A DNA stretch of 32,000 nt from Hyperthermus butylicus DSM 5456 (GTDB lineage Archaea; Thermoproteota; Thermoprotei_A; Sulfolobales; Pyrodictiaceae). Under the pieces are notes generated by a model that saw nothing but the letters and a program-made list of their open reading frames with translations, was not told the origin of the DNA and ran no database searches. The stretch spans positions 90,001-122,000 of the forward strand of contig NC_008818.1 in assembly GCF_000015145.1 (NCBI RefSeq), written 5' to 3'. The translations under genes and the position numbers were made by a program. Below, piece by piece: positions 10,089-20,572 of the stretch (positions within the stretch are counted from its first letter, which is position 1; every line of letters begins with the position of its first letter).

Positions 10089-10729
10089 CTCTCAAGTCTC
10101 TTTTTCTGCTCCGCCAGAACCTTCTTAGCAACTTCGAGAGGATCCGGCGAGGACGTAATTAGTCTCCCAACTATCTCGTAATCAGCTCCTGCGCAAAGGG
10201 CGTCGCCAGGCTTCGCTCCTTGCGCGCCAACTCCTGGCGAGAACACCTTTACTTCCGGCAGCCTACTCCGCACAAGCGCTACGAGCTCCGGCATTGTTGC
10301 TGGCGCAACTACGCCCCACGCCCTGATCCTCCTCGCCACCTCAATATTGTCTTCTACGAGCTTATTGTAAAGGCTGGAGGCGCCTGGATGACTCATAGCT
10401 ACTACGAGCACCAGTTTAGTTCCATGTTCCTCCAGCGTGTTGGCCAGCTGGTCAAGTGCACCCTCCACCCCAACCACCGCATGCGCTATGAAGGCATCTA
10501 CGGCTCCGAGAAGAGGCTCCACGCTAGCAACCATGGTGCTACCTATGTCTGCAAGCTTTAGATCAGCAATCCATAGTGCGTCTCTACAGAGTTTACGCAG
10601 CCTATGCGCGTAAGCTGCACCATACCTAAGCAGCAGTGGAATGCCAAGCTTGAAGCCTGCAACCACCCTGCATAGCTTCGAAACTAGTTCCTCGGCTGGA
10701 TCACGGTCTATTGCAGCTACGAGCGTCAA
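10073..10729 (-). CDS. pyrF: orotidine 5'-phosphate decarboxylase
   Basis: [12 protein letters not shown]...[14 protein letters not shown]..., [33 protein letters not shown] start; first gene of the pyr operon. Confidence 0.94.
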
Positions 10730-10756
10730 GAGTCGACTCCCATGGAGGAAACATTA

Positions 10757-10788
10757 CACAAAGGTTACATTTATTAATGTAGTTTGTG
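10757..10788. promoter_or_regulatory. nested inverted repeat over a candidate TATA element upstream of pyrF
   Basis: CACAAA(10757-10762)...ACATT(10767-10771) tatt AATGT(10776-10780)...TTTGTG(10783-10788). Minus-strand reading gives attaataaatgt, an AT-rich TATA-like core about 40 nt upstream of pyrF. Confidence 0.4.
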
Positions 10789-10845
10789 CGAGAGCGCTAA
10801 TAGCCGGACACTATATGCGTAACCGCCTCTCCTGGGTGTCCGAAA

Positions 10846-13459
<2,614 letters not shown>

Positions 13460-13560
13460 GCAAACCCTAGCACCTTTTAAACCACGTAGAATCCTCTATA
13501 CACAACAATACAGGCCCGCGAATCCCGTCGCGGAAACTACTCGCGAGTGGTGACTCAGTC

Positions 13561-13896
13561 TTGGAGCGGGATGGCGCTAAACGCTACTGGCTACTAGCCC
13601 GGCCAGGCATACTCCGCATACTAGCAATACTCTACGAGCACGGTCCAATGCCCTTACACCGAATACCAAGGTATGGTATGGGCGTAGGCACAACCTACCG
13701 AAGCGCAAGCGATGCAGCAATGCTCGGCTTAATAACACTCTACTACTGCGGCAATAGCAAATGCGCAAAACTTACAGAGAAGGGGAGACGGGTAGCCGAG
13801 AAGTTAGCAGAACTCCTTAAGACCCTGGAAGAGTTGGATCTAGTTAAGCCCGAGCAAGCTACAGCACAACATAGCAGTGATACAAGTGAACCATAA
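13561..13896 (+). CDS. small winged-helix-like protein, putative transcriptional regulator
   Basis: 111 aa, PGILRILAILYEHGPMPLHRIPRYGMGVGTTYRSASDAAMLGLITL...LTEKGRRVAEKLAELL. TTG start. Confidence 0.65.
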   Translation: MERDGAKRYWLLARPGILRILAILYEHGPMPLHRIPRYGMGVGTTYRSASDAAMLGLITLYYCGNSKCAKLTEKGRRVAEKLAELLKTLEELDLVKPEQATAQHSSDTSEP

Positions 13897-13963
13897 TACT
13901 GGTCCTCCCGTGTATAGATAGTACATCCTGGCGGCCGTTGAGGAGCTGTCGCCCTCTCCGAGT

Positions 13964-14000
13964 GGTGAGGATGTCAGCCTGGCCCCGAGGCCTCCTCACC
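13964..14000. terminator. strong hairpin between convergent genes
   Basis: Perfect arms GGTGAGGA(13964-13971)/TCCTCACC(13993-14000), with inner arms GCCT(13977-13980)/AGGC(13988-13991). Confidence 0.35.
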
Positions 14001-14003
14001 CTA

Positions 14004-14291
14004 TCATGAGCACCTTGCATAAACCACTATGTTCTCAACCCTAGCACCTGGCAGCTTCGACTCTAGCACCCTCGCAAGCCCCTCGGCCGCCCCAACATCA
14101 TCTAGGTCGAATACCTTGCCGGTATCAATACAAACGACATTTACGTGCGTGTGCACGTTATCGTAGCGTGTCCCGCCATGGATACTAAAGCTCTTTATAA
14201 ACCCGAGCTTCTCGAGTAACTGGAGGTTGTTGTACACAGTGCTCGGGCTAATGTTTGGTATCTCCCTCCTAGCCCTCTCAAGTATCTCCAT
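14004..14291 (-). CDS. Fur/PerR-family regulator (annotatable part; conserved N-terminus continues upstream)
   Basis: MEILERARREIPNISPSTVYNNLQLLEKLGFIKSF...THVNVVCIDTGKVFDL. In-frame upstream DNA to 14423 encodes FESRGRRKTDKRGYELKRHGYRVTAQRLAVARIVFETVKDHPSF, the missing Fur winged-helix N-terminus. Confidence 0.85.
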   Translation of the reverse strand: MEILERARREIPNISPSTVYNNLQLLEKLGFIKSFSIHGGTRYDNVHTHVNVVCIDTGKVFDLDDVGAAEGLARVLESKLPGARVENIVVYARCS

Positions 14292-14652
14292 AAAGCTTGG
14301 GTGATCCTTAACCGTCTCAAATACTATACGCGCAACAGCTAGCCTCTGCGCCGTAACCCTATACCCATGCCTCTTTAGCTCGTAACCACGTTTGTCAGTC
14401 TTTCGCCGACCTCTGGACTCGAATTACTTATTATTGCTCAACGCTCTCGTCATGCTCCATCACTGTCTACCTCACACAGTCCCGCAGGATATGTGAAATA
14501 TGTTCCTACTTATAATTCTTTCTAGTTCGTTAATAGTACATTGTTCACCATAGGCCTCGGCTAAAGGAATTGTCCACATCGCCCCGCAGGGCTCCGGGCT
14601 GGGGAGTACTCCTCATAGGCCTTGGCGGGGAAAAGTTATGTTGAAACTGCTA

Positions 14653-15543
14653 CTATCGTAATCCAGCTATAAACTTGAGGATATCTGTCCTAGTTATTAT
14701 TCCTATTGGCTTGCCCTCAGAGTCCGTGACAACGAGCCTACCAATGTCACGCAGGTTCATGAGTTCTATTGCATCGCCTATGTCCTCGTCGCTTCTTATG
14801 GTTATAACTGGGAATGACATATATTCCTTCACAGTTGCATCGATACGGCCTTCGGCAACAGCTTTTGCAATGTCAGTTTGAGTTATGATGCCAATGAGGC
14901 GTCCACGGCTATCTATTACTGGTAGTCCTTTAACCCTCCTCTCTATCATGAGCTTTGCAGCATCCTTTATCGTTGCATCCGGTTCTATGGTTATAATATT
15001 GCCTATTGATGCAATTTCGCCGACAGGAATTCTTGGCACGCTTATAAGCCTTGTAATCTTAATGCCTATTTGCTTTGTTGCTAGATCTATGTGCGTCACC
15101 TCACCCTCTATGCGCACATTAGCTATCTTTGTTGGACCAATTTCAACCTTATCGCCAACGTTGATCTCGCCGCGAATCCTACCCTGCACCCTTAGTATGG
15201 CCCTACAGCCTTCCGGGTTTAGCATATCTAGAATCTCTATGGTGGTAACAGGTATGTCTAGCTCTTTACCTGCCTTCTTCAGTTTGACCGGCAGCTGGAC
15301 AGGTATACCCCTGATAATCTCGTAGGCCTTTAGGGTCGGCATATAGCCGCCAGTGGGCCCAGTCTTAGATTCAACTAGACCTAGGCTCTTAAGGCTGAGG
15401 ATGATGTTGCGTACTGTGCCCTCATCCTTGTTTACTAGCTCCGCTATCTCCTTACTCTTAATGAGTCTTCTACGCTCATCGTAGAGCCTTATGAGTGCCT
15501 CGAGCACCTCACGCTGCGACATTGTTAGCTTGTAAGGCCCCAC
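14653..15543 (-). CDS. HTH plus tandem CBS-domain predicted transcriptional regulator
   Basis: N-terminal HTH (SQREVLEALIRLYDERRRLIKSKEIAELVNKDEGTVRNIILSLKSLGLV) and two CBS repeats (AKLMIERRVKGLPVIDSRGRLIGIIT; AIELMNLRDIGRLVVTDSEGKPIGIIT). The track ORF runs to 15666; the GTG at 15543 is the more probable start. Confidence 0.88.
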   Translation of the reverse strand: MGPYKLTMSQREVLEALIRLYDERRRLIKSKEIAELVNKDEGTVRNIILSLKSLGLVESKTGPTGGYMPTLKAYEIIRGIPVQLPVKLKKAGKELDIPVTTIEILDMLNPEGCRAILRVQGRIRGEINVGDKVEIGPTKIANVRIEGEVTHIDLATKQIGIKITRLISVPRIPVGEIASIGNIITIEPDATIKDAAKLMIERRVKGLPVIDSRGRLIGIITQTDIAKAVAEGRIDATVKEYMSFPVITIRSDEDIGDAIELMNLRDIGRLVVTDSEGKPIGIITRTDILKFIAGLR

Positions 15544-15662
15544 GTTTCCCAAGCCCCTTCCCTTCCTTTCCGAGAGAATATAACCGGACTCAACTCCTCT
15601 GCGTTCACAGTCTAAGAATGTTCCAAATATTAGTTTTGTCGTGGATATGTTATGATATGTTA

Positions 15663-17039
15663 TCATGTCGAAGCCTTTCCAGTAGTCCCTCCCTCCTCGT
15701 AGGGTACAACTAGGAGGGTTACACCATCCTTGCCTACAACCCTCACCTTTTCATCCCTCCGTATAATTCGACGACCAACGTTCCGCGCTTGCCAGTACTC
15801 GCCCTCAACCATGACGAAGCCTGTGCCGCCTGGCGGCATCTCATCTATTGCACGACCCTGTTTGCCAACGGGTAGTGGCATATAGACGGGCTTCCTTCTC
15901 CAAGCCCTTGCAGCCTTATAGACGACTATACCCATGAGCCCTGATAGGGGGACTATCACTGCTATTAGTATGCGCTGCGCCACCCTGAGGCTCTCCCCCG
16001 CAATATACGTTGGCTTGCCCGTGAACCCTATCAACACACCTAACAATGTCAGCGCTATACCTGTAAAGCCTATTATGCCGAAGCCTGGGGTGACGAAGAG
16101 TTCTACACCTATCAGTATTAGACCGAAGAGTATGAGTGCAGCTGCTGCAAGGCTAGCAGCGAGGCCGAACCCTATGAAGCTTAGGAGTAGAAGTGCTATC
16201 GCCACCACGGCTAACTGGAGGGTTCCAGAGGCTAGTGCAACTATGAGTAGGAGTATGCCTATGCTGGAGAATATCGAGCTTACGAGGGGGTCTGAGAGGT
16301 AGTGGAGTATCCGTTGGCCGAGCGGCATACTGTAGTACTCTACTACGGGGTCATGGAGCACTATCTCGGTCTGCCCGGAAACCATGTTTACCTTTGACCC
16401 ATTAATCTTCGCTAGGAGATCGTGAATGTTTACAGCTACTGCTTCGACTACGTGAATTTTTACGGCTTCCTCAGCTGTTAAGACGAGGTTCTCATAGACA
16501 AAGCGCTTCGCAACCGTTATATTACGATTATATAGCCTCATACACGCCTCTATCTTCTTGTACACTGGGTTCAGCATCTTGGACTCGTTTATTGGTTGGT
16601 AGGTACCCGTAGGGGTTAATGCTACGGGCTGGACAGCACCTATAATTGTTCCGGGCTGCATAGCTGCATAATGGCTACACATTAGTATCATTGTGCCCGC
16701 GCTAACAGCCCAGCGCTCAACAACAAAACCTGCGACAGGTACGGGAGACTTTGATATAGCTTCAGTAATGCAGAGTGCTGCGTCAAGGCTCCCACCGGGA
16801 GTGTTTAGTAGTATTACGAGGAGCTTAGCGTGAGACTCGTGAGCGTAGGTTATCGCGTCATTCACATAGTTACACATAGCGCTATCGATAACGCCATAAA
16901 CCTCAGCTACAACCACTAGGTCGCCGGCTGGCCTCGCCATGGAGGAAGCTGCCAGCAGTGCTAGACCCAGGACTATGACGAGTACACCAGCTGCAATCAT
17001 CGAGGTGCGCTGCCTGTAGACACCACGCCCCAAATTCAT
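15663..17039 (-). CDS. NfeD-family membrane-bound ClpP-class serine protease
   Basis: VAEVYGVIDSAMCNYVNDAI, LLVILLNTPGGSLDAA, AVSAGTMILMCSHYAAMQPGTIIGAVQPV, conserved Lys (ITVAKRFV), multiple TM segments and C-terminal OB-like NfeD domain. Confidence 0.93.
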   Translation of the reverse strand: MNLGRGVYRQRTSMIAAGVLVIVLGLALLAASSMARPAGDLVVVAEVYGVIDSAMCNYVNDAITYAHESHAKLLVILLNTPGGSLDAALCITEAISKSPVPVAGFVVERWAVSAGTMILMCSHYAAMQPGTIIGAVQPVALTPTGTYQPINESKMLNPVYKKIEACMRLYNRNITVAKRFVYENLVLTAEEAVKIHVVEAVAVNIHDLLAKINGSKVNMVSGQTEIVLHDPVVEYYSMPLGQRILHYLSDPLVSSIFSSIGILLLIVALASGTLQLAVVAIALLLLSFIGFGLAASLAAAALILFGLILIGVELFVTPGFGIIGFTGIALTLLGVLIGFTGKPTYIAGESLRVAQRILIAVIVPLSGLMGIVVYKAARAWRRKPVYMPLPVGKQGRAIDEMPPGGTGFVMVEGEYWQARNVGRRIIRRDEKVRVVGKDGVTLLVVPYEEGGTTGKAST

Positions 17040-17099
17040 GTCACAATACCCTCTATAGTCTCCTGGGTCTGTCCTACTGTGCTACAGTACTTACCCCTC

Positions 17100-17351
17100 T
17101 TATTCTAGTAGGCGTTTAAGCAAGGCAAAGAAGATGAGTGCTAGGATTGCTATGAGTACTGCCTTAAGGATTAGCACTACTAGGCGTAGAAGCAGCTCTA
17201 CAACAATATATGCAGCAGGCAGAGCAATAGCTCCCAGGAGCGCGTAGACTGGTATCCTCTCGAGGCTCCGTGCCCGGGAGGCGTAAGCGTAGAGGATGCC
17301 GAGAATAGCGCCCAGGAGGGCTAGTACTACGAGAAAACCACTGCCGGGCAA
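17100..17351 (-). CDS. small hydrophobic membrane protein of unknown function
   Basis: 83 aa with at least two or three hydrophobic helices, downstream of RHH gene on the same strand. Confidence 0.6.
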   Translation of the reverse strand: MPGSGFLVVLALLGAILGILYAYASRARSLERIPVYALLGAIALPAAYIVVELLLRLVVLILKAVLIAILALIFFALLKRLLE

Positions 17352-17389
17352 GAAACCTACCCGGGAGAATACATGTGCTAGGAGCCCTC

Positions 17390-17587
17390 TTAGACCGTTA
17401 TCCTTCTAGGTTGCCTTGACAGCTCCAGCCCGGTTGGGTGCTCCGGTATCCCCCACAGCTCACGCTTAAGCAGCTCCCTCACAGCAATCCTTATGGCCTC
17501 GCTCCTGCTGCTATATCTGCCCATCTTGACGAGTTCATCCAGGCCTTCCAGGTAGGTTTCGGGCATCTTGACCGTTACGAGCCTCAT
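17390..17587 (-). CDS. ribbon-helix-helix (CopG-like) DNA-binding protein
   Basis: RLVTVKMPETYLEGLDELVKMGRYSSRSEAIRIAVRELLKREL. Confidence 0.9.
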   Translation of the reverse strand: MRLVTVKMPETYLEGLDELVKMGRYSSRSEAIRIAVRELLKRELWGIPEHPTGLELSRQPRRITV

Positions 17588-17744
17588 TGCTGTGTCTCAC
17601 CGGTGTGTTATCTTGTAGGGTGTCGGCGAGGGTTTAAGCTAGGGGGAGGTGTGTTACCTCTTCTACTGCGGCCAATGCTTCGGGTGGAGATGTGCCTGAG
17701 GAGTGGATCCACCCCAGGAGTTGGATGGGCTCTGGGCAGGCCGG

Positions 17745-18122
17745 CTACAGTTCGTCAGGGAAGAATGGTGGCTTCTCAGCAAGGTCTATGATTGGTATTG
17801 CGACCCATCCCGGTCTAGTGCTCTTCGATAGCTCCACATGTTCTCCTTGATCGTCGACCTTCACCAACAAATAGTTGCCATCGCCCAGTCTTCCCTCATC
17901 ATCGACGTAGTAGTATAGCATGGGTAGGCCATAGAGCTTGTAGTAGTCCCTTAGAACTGCTATGATACCATACACCTTACCTCCGTTACGGCTAGGGAGG
18001 CGTACAAGGTAGGCTGGCTGGCCAAGGGTTATAATGCTGGCAGCTATTCTTGCAAGGTCATGTATTCCCGATACCTTCACGGGTATCAGTTTCTCCTCGC
18101 TACTAGCCAAGGACTGGTTCAC
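17745..18122 (-). CDS. conserved-looking hypothetical protein
   Basis: 125 aa ORF with coding-like composition; no family recognised. Confidence 0.6.
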   Translation of the reverse strand: MNQSLASSEEKLIPVKVSGIHDLARIAASIITLGQPAYLVRLPSRNGGKVYGIIAVLRDYYKLYGLPMLYYYVDDEGRLGDGNYLLVKVDDQGEHVELSKSTRPGWVAIPIIDLAEKPPFFPDEL

Positions 18123-18206
18123 CCCAGGCTAGGCCGGGACGGCCGCGGCAATAATAAGTGCTAGTCCCCGCGGGGACACTGCGAGAGACGTAGGGGAGTA
18201 GGTGGG

Positions 18207-18999
18207 ATGTACTACGTTGTTGTGGTGGGACCGGCTGGTAGCGGTAAGTCCCACCTTGTCGATGCATTCGGAGACTGGCTAGAGTTTAATCAGCTCTCGG
18301 TCGCCCGGGTAAACCTCGACCCTGCTGCTGAGTGGCTTCCCTACGAACCGGACGTTGACGTCCGCCACTATGTTGAGGCTAGGAGCGTGATGGAGAAGTA
18401 TAAGCTCGGTCCCAACGGCGCCCTTATAGCGTCGATAGACATGCTTGTAAACCATGTTGAGATTATACGCTCGGAGATAGAGTCTACGAGGGTAAACTAC
18501 GTTCTCATAGATACGCCTGGTCAGATGGAATTATTCGCCTTCCGGGACACCGGCCCCTATCTCTTGAGGGAGATCATCGGGGAGCATAGGGCTGTAACAG
18601 TATTCATTGTAGACGCTGTATTTGCATCAAACCCCAGGAGCCTTGCGTCAAGCCTCCTACTAGCACTCTCCACGAGGCTTCGGCTCGGCCTGCCACAGGT
18701 AAACGCTATATCCAAGGCTGACCTCCTAAAACCTGAGCAGATGGAGAGCATAGAGGAACAGTTAAACAGCCCCGACACTCTCTACGGCGTCCTCGTGAGT
18801 GGGGGGTGTTGACCCGTTAATGGCTGAGGCTGCAATAAAGGCGCTTGAAGCCCTCGGCCCAGAGCCTGGCATGGAGGCTGCTATAAGGTTCGTATCATCG
18901 GTATCGGGTTACGGACTCGACGACCTTTACGCGACAATACAGCAAGTACTGGCAGGCGGAGAGGACTTCTACACTGAGGAGCCAAGCCCACGTCTCTAA
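18207..18999 (+). CDS. GPN-loop GTPase (XAB1/PAB0955-like), interrupted by a frameshift near 18801-18812
   Basis: First frame (18207-18812): GPAGSGKSHLVDAFG, NLDPAAEW, KLGPNGALI (GPN motif), LIDTPGQMELFAF, SKADLL. Second frame (18799-18999): GGVDPLMAEAAIKALEALG...RFVSSVSGYGLDDLYATIQQVLAGGEDF, the expected C-terminus. Confidence 0.88.
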
Positions 19000-19001
19000 T
19001 T

Positions 19002-19454
19002 CTACTCTCTCCTACGCCGATAATGTGGTGTAGCACGGTTAGCATCGATTATGTGCATAACCTTGTAGCCCATGCTAGTGAGCGTGTCTGCAATGAATCT
19101 CCGGTGGCAACGAAACCACAGCCTCTCCCTGCACATGACAGCTACGGGTCCCCTAGCAGACTCCACTACCTTGACAAGCATCTCTATACCACGTCTATAC
19201 CCCTCACTCTTCATATATTCCTCGTAGCCTCTAGGCCGAAACCCGCCCAGGACCTCGCCTAGCCAGATATAGCCTATACCATGCACGGGCAATAGCTCCA
19301 TGAGCACCTCTCGTCGAAACCATGGTACGCGACGGCTCGTTGGAAACCTCCTCACATCAACTACTACCTTTACCCGGTACAGTTTTAGCAATGATATCAA
19401 CTCGCCAAGGGTTCTATTACTATGACCGACAGTATACACTAGTCTCCGAGGCAT
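19002..19454 (-). CDS. DUF488 family protein
   Basis: VYTVGHSNRTLGELISLLKLYRVKVVVDVRRFPTSR...MCRERLWFRCHRRFIADTL. Confidence 0.9.
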   Translation of the reverse strand: MPRRLVYTVGHSNRTLGELISLLKLYRVKVVVDVRRFPTSRRVPWFRREVLMELLPVHGIGYIWLGEVLGGFRPRGYEEYMKSEGYRRGIEMLVKVVESARGPVAVMCRERLWFRCHRRFIADTLTSMGYKVMHIIDANRATPHYRRRRE

Positions 19455-20356
19455 AATAGGGCACGCTCAACAGCATCCATCGCGCTCCGTCCAAATACAT
19501 AGATTACTGGTTCAAGATTTATACCGCCACGGTCAGCTATAACGTCCACAGGATCTCTCTGCTTCTCCAGCACCGAAGCTATATCCTCGAGGAGCTTCTC
19601 TGGCGACTCGTGGGGCCCTGCCTCTATTACCCGCAGACCAGTCCTCCTCAACTTCTCGATACACTGCTCGCTGAAAGCTATCACCACGGCTGCCCTGCAG
19701 TCGGACCACTTAGAGTAGGCTAGGAGGAGTATCGAAGCTGTATGTTTGCTACCGCCATACGCGGGAAATCCAACTATGGCAACTTTATCTCCGACCCTCA
19801 CTATTGCACCTGTTAGACCGACAACCTCAGCTATAGTCTTAGCTTGGGGTTTCGCAGCTACAATGTTTGAGCCAACGTATGGTACGAGTTTCTCCACACC
19901 AGGCCTCGACGCGAACAATTTCGCAGCCTCTTCAACCTCCTCGATGTAAGGGTCCCGGCCAGGTTTGAACAAGTTCATGCATATGTTGCAGGTTACAGGG
20001 AGCCGAGGATCCAGCCTCCTATGGAAGCTGCAGAGTGCACCTCTCGCCAGCAAAGTGTTGATGTAGCTAGTAAACAGTTCCATGTAGCCAGTATAGTTTT
20101 GCAGTATAAGCCTCGCAGCAAGGATAGATACTATAGAGCGTACCTCATCGATATCAACGCCTATCTCGCCAAGCTCCTGTAGAATATCGTCGAATCTTCG
20201 GCGCAGATACCTACTAACTAGGGGCTGTGAGACACCAAGAAGCCTGGCTATCCTCTCCTGGCCTAGCCCTTGCCTCCGCAGAGCATGTGCTACAAGAGCC
20301 CTAATGCCCGGTATGAGGTAGCGGGCAACAAGCTCGTGAGGCACCACCCTCCACAA
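19439..20356 (-). CDS. HTH regulator fused to a ThiN (thiamine-phosphate-binding/synthase) domain
   Basis: N-terminal HTH (RRQGLGQERIARLLGVSQPLVSRYLRRR), middle Cys motif (CSFHRRLDPRLPVTCNICMNLF), C-terminal ThiN-like domain (LVPYVGSNIVAAKPQAKTIAEVVGLTGAIVRVGDKVAIVGFPAYGGSKHTASILL). Confidence 0.85.
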   Translation of the reverse strand: MWRVVPHELVARYLIPGIRALVAHALRRQGLGQERIARLLGVSQPLVSRYLRRRFDDILQELGEIGVDIDEVRSIVSILAARLILQNYTGYMELFTSYINTLLARGALCSFHRRLDPRLPVTCNICMNLFKPGRDPYIEEVEEAAKLFASRPGVEKLVPYVGSNIVAAKPQAKTIAEVVGLTGAIVRVGDKVAIVGFPAYGGSKHTASILLLAYSKWSDCRAAVVIAFSEQCIEKLRRTGLRVIEAGPHESPEKLLEDIASVLEKQRDPVDVIADRGGINLEPVIYVFGRSAMDAVERALLCLGD

Positions 20357-20572
20357 ACCCCTCCGCTAGGCTCTCATAACGCTCAGGCTAGCCAGCTAGA
20401 TAGACCTCGGACTAGTCTTAGAGGTAGAGAGCCGCTTCTAAACCTACACCTCTACACAGCTATAGCCCGCTAAAAATCGGGAAGATAGAATGCAACAATA
20501 TACAGCCACTCTTGACGGGGAGGAGGACGTGCAATTGAGCTGTACCGTGTAAAGGGTAGGTCTTTAGCCTAG

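Noticed and set aside
17438-17791. 117-aa plus-strand ORF over the RHH gene and downstream gap
   Set aside because: Mostly antisense to the RHH gene and no protein-family features.
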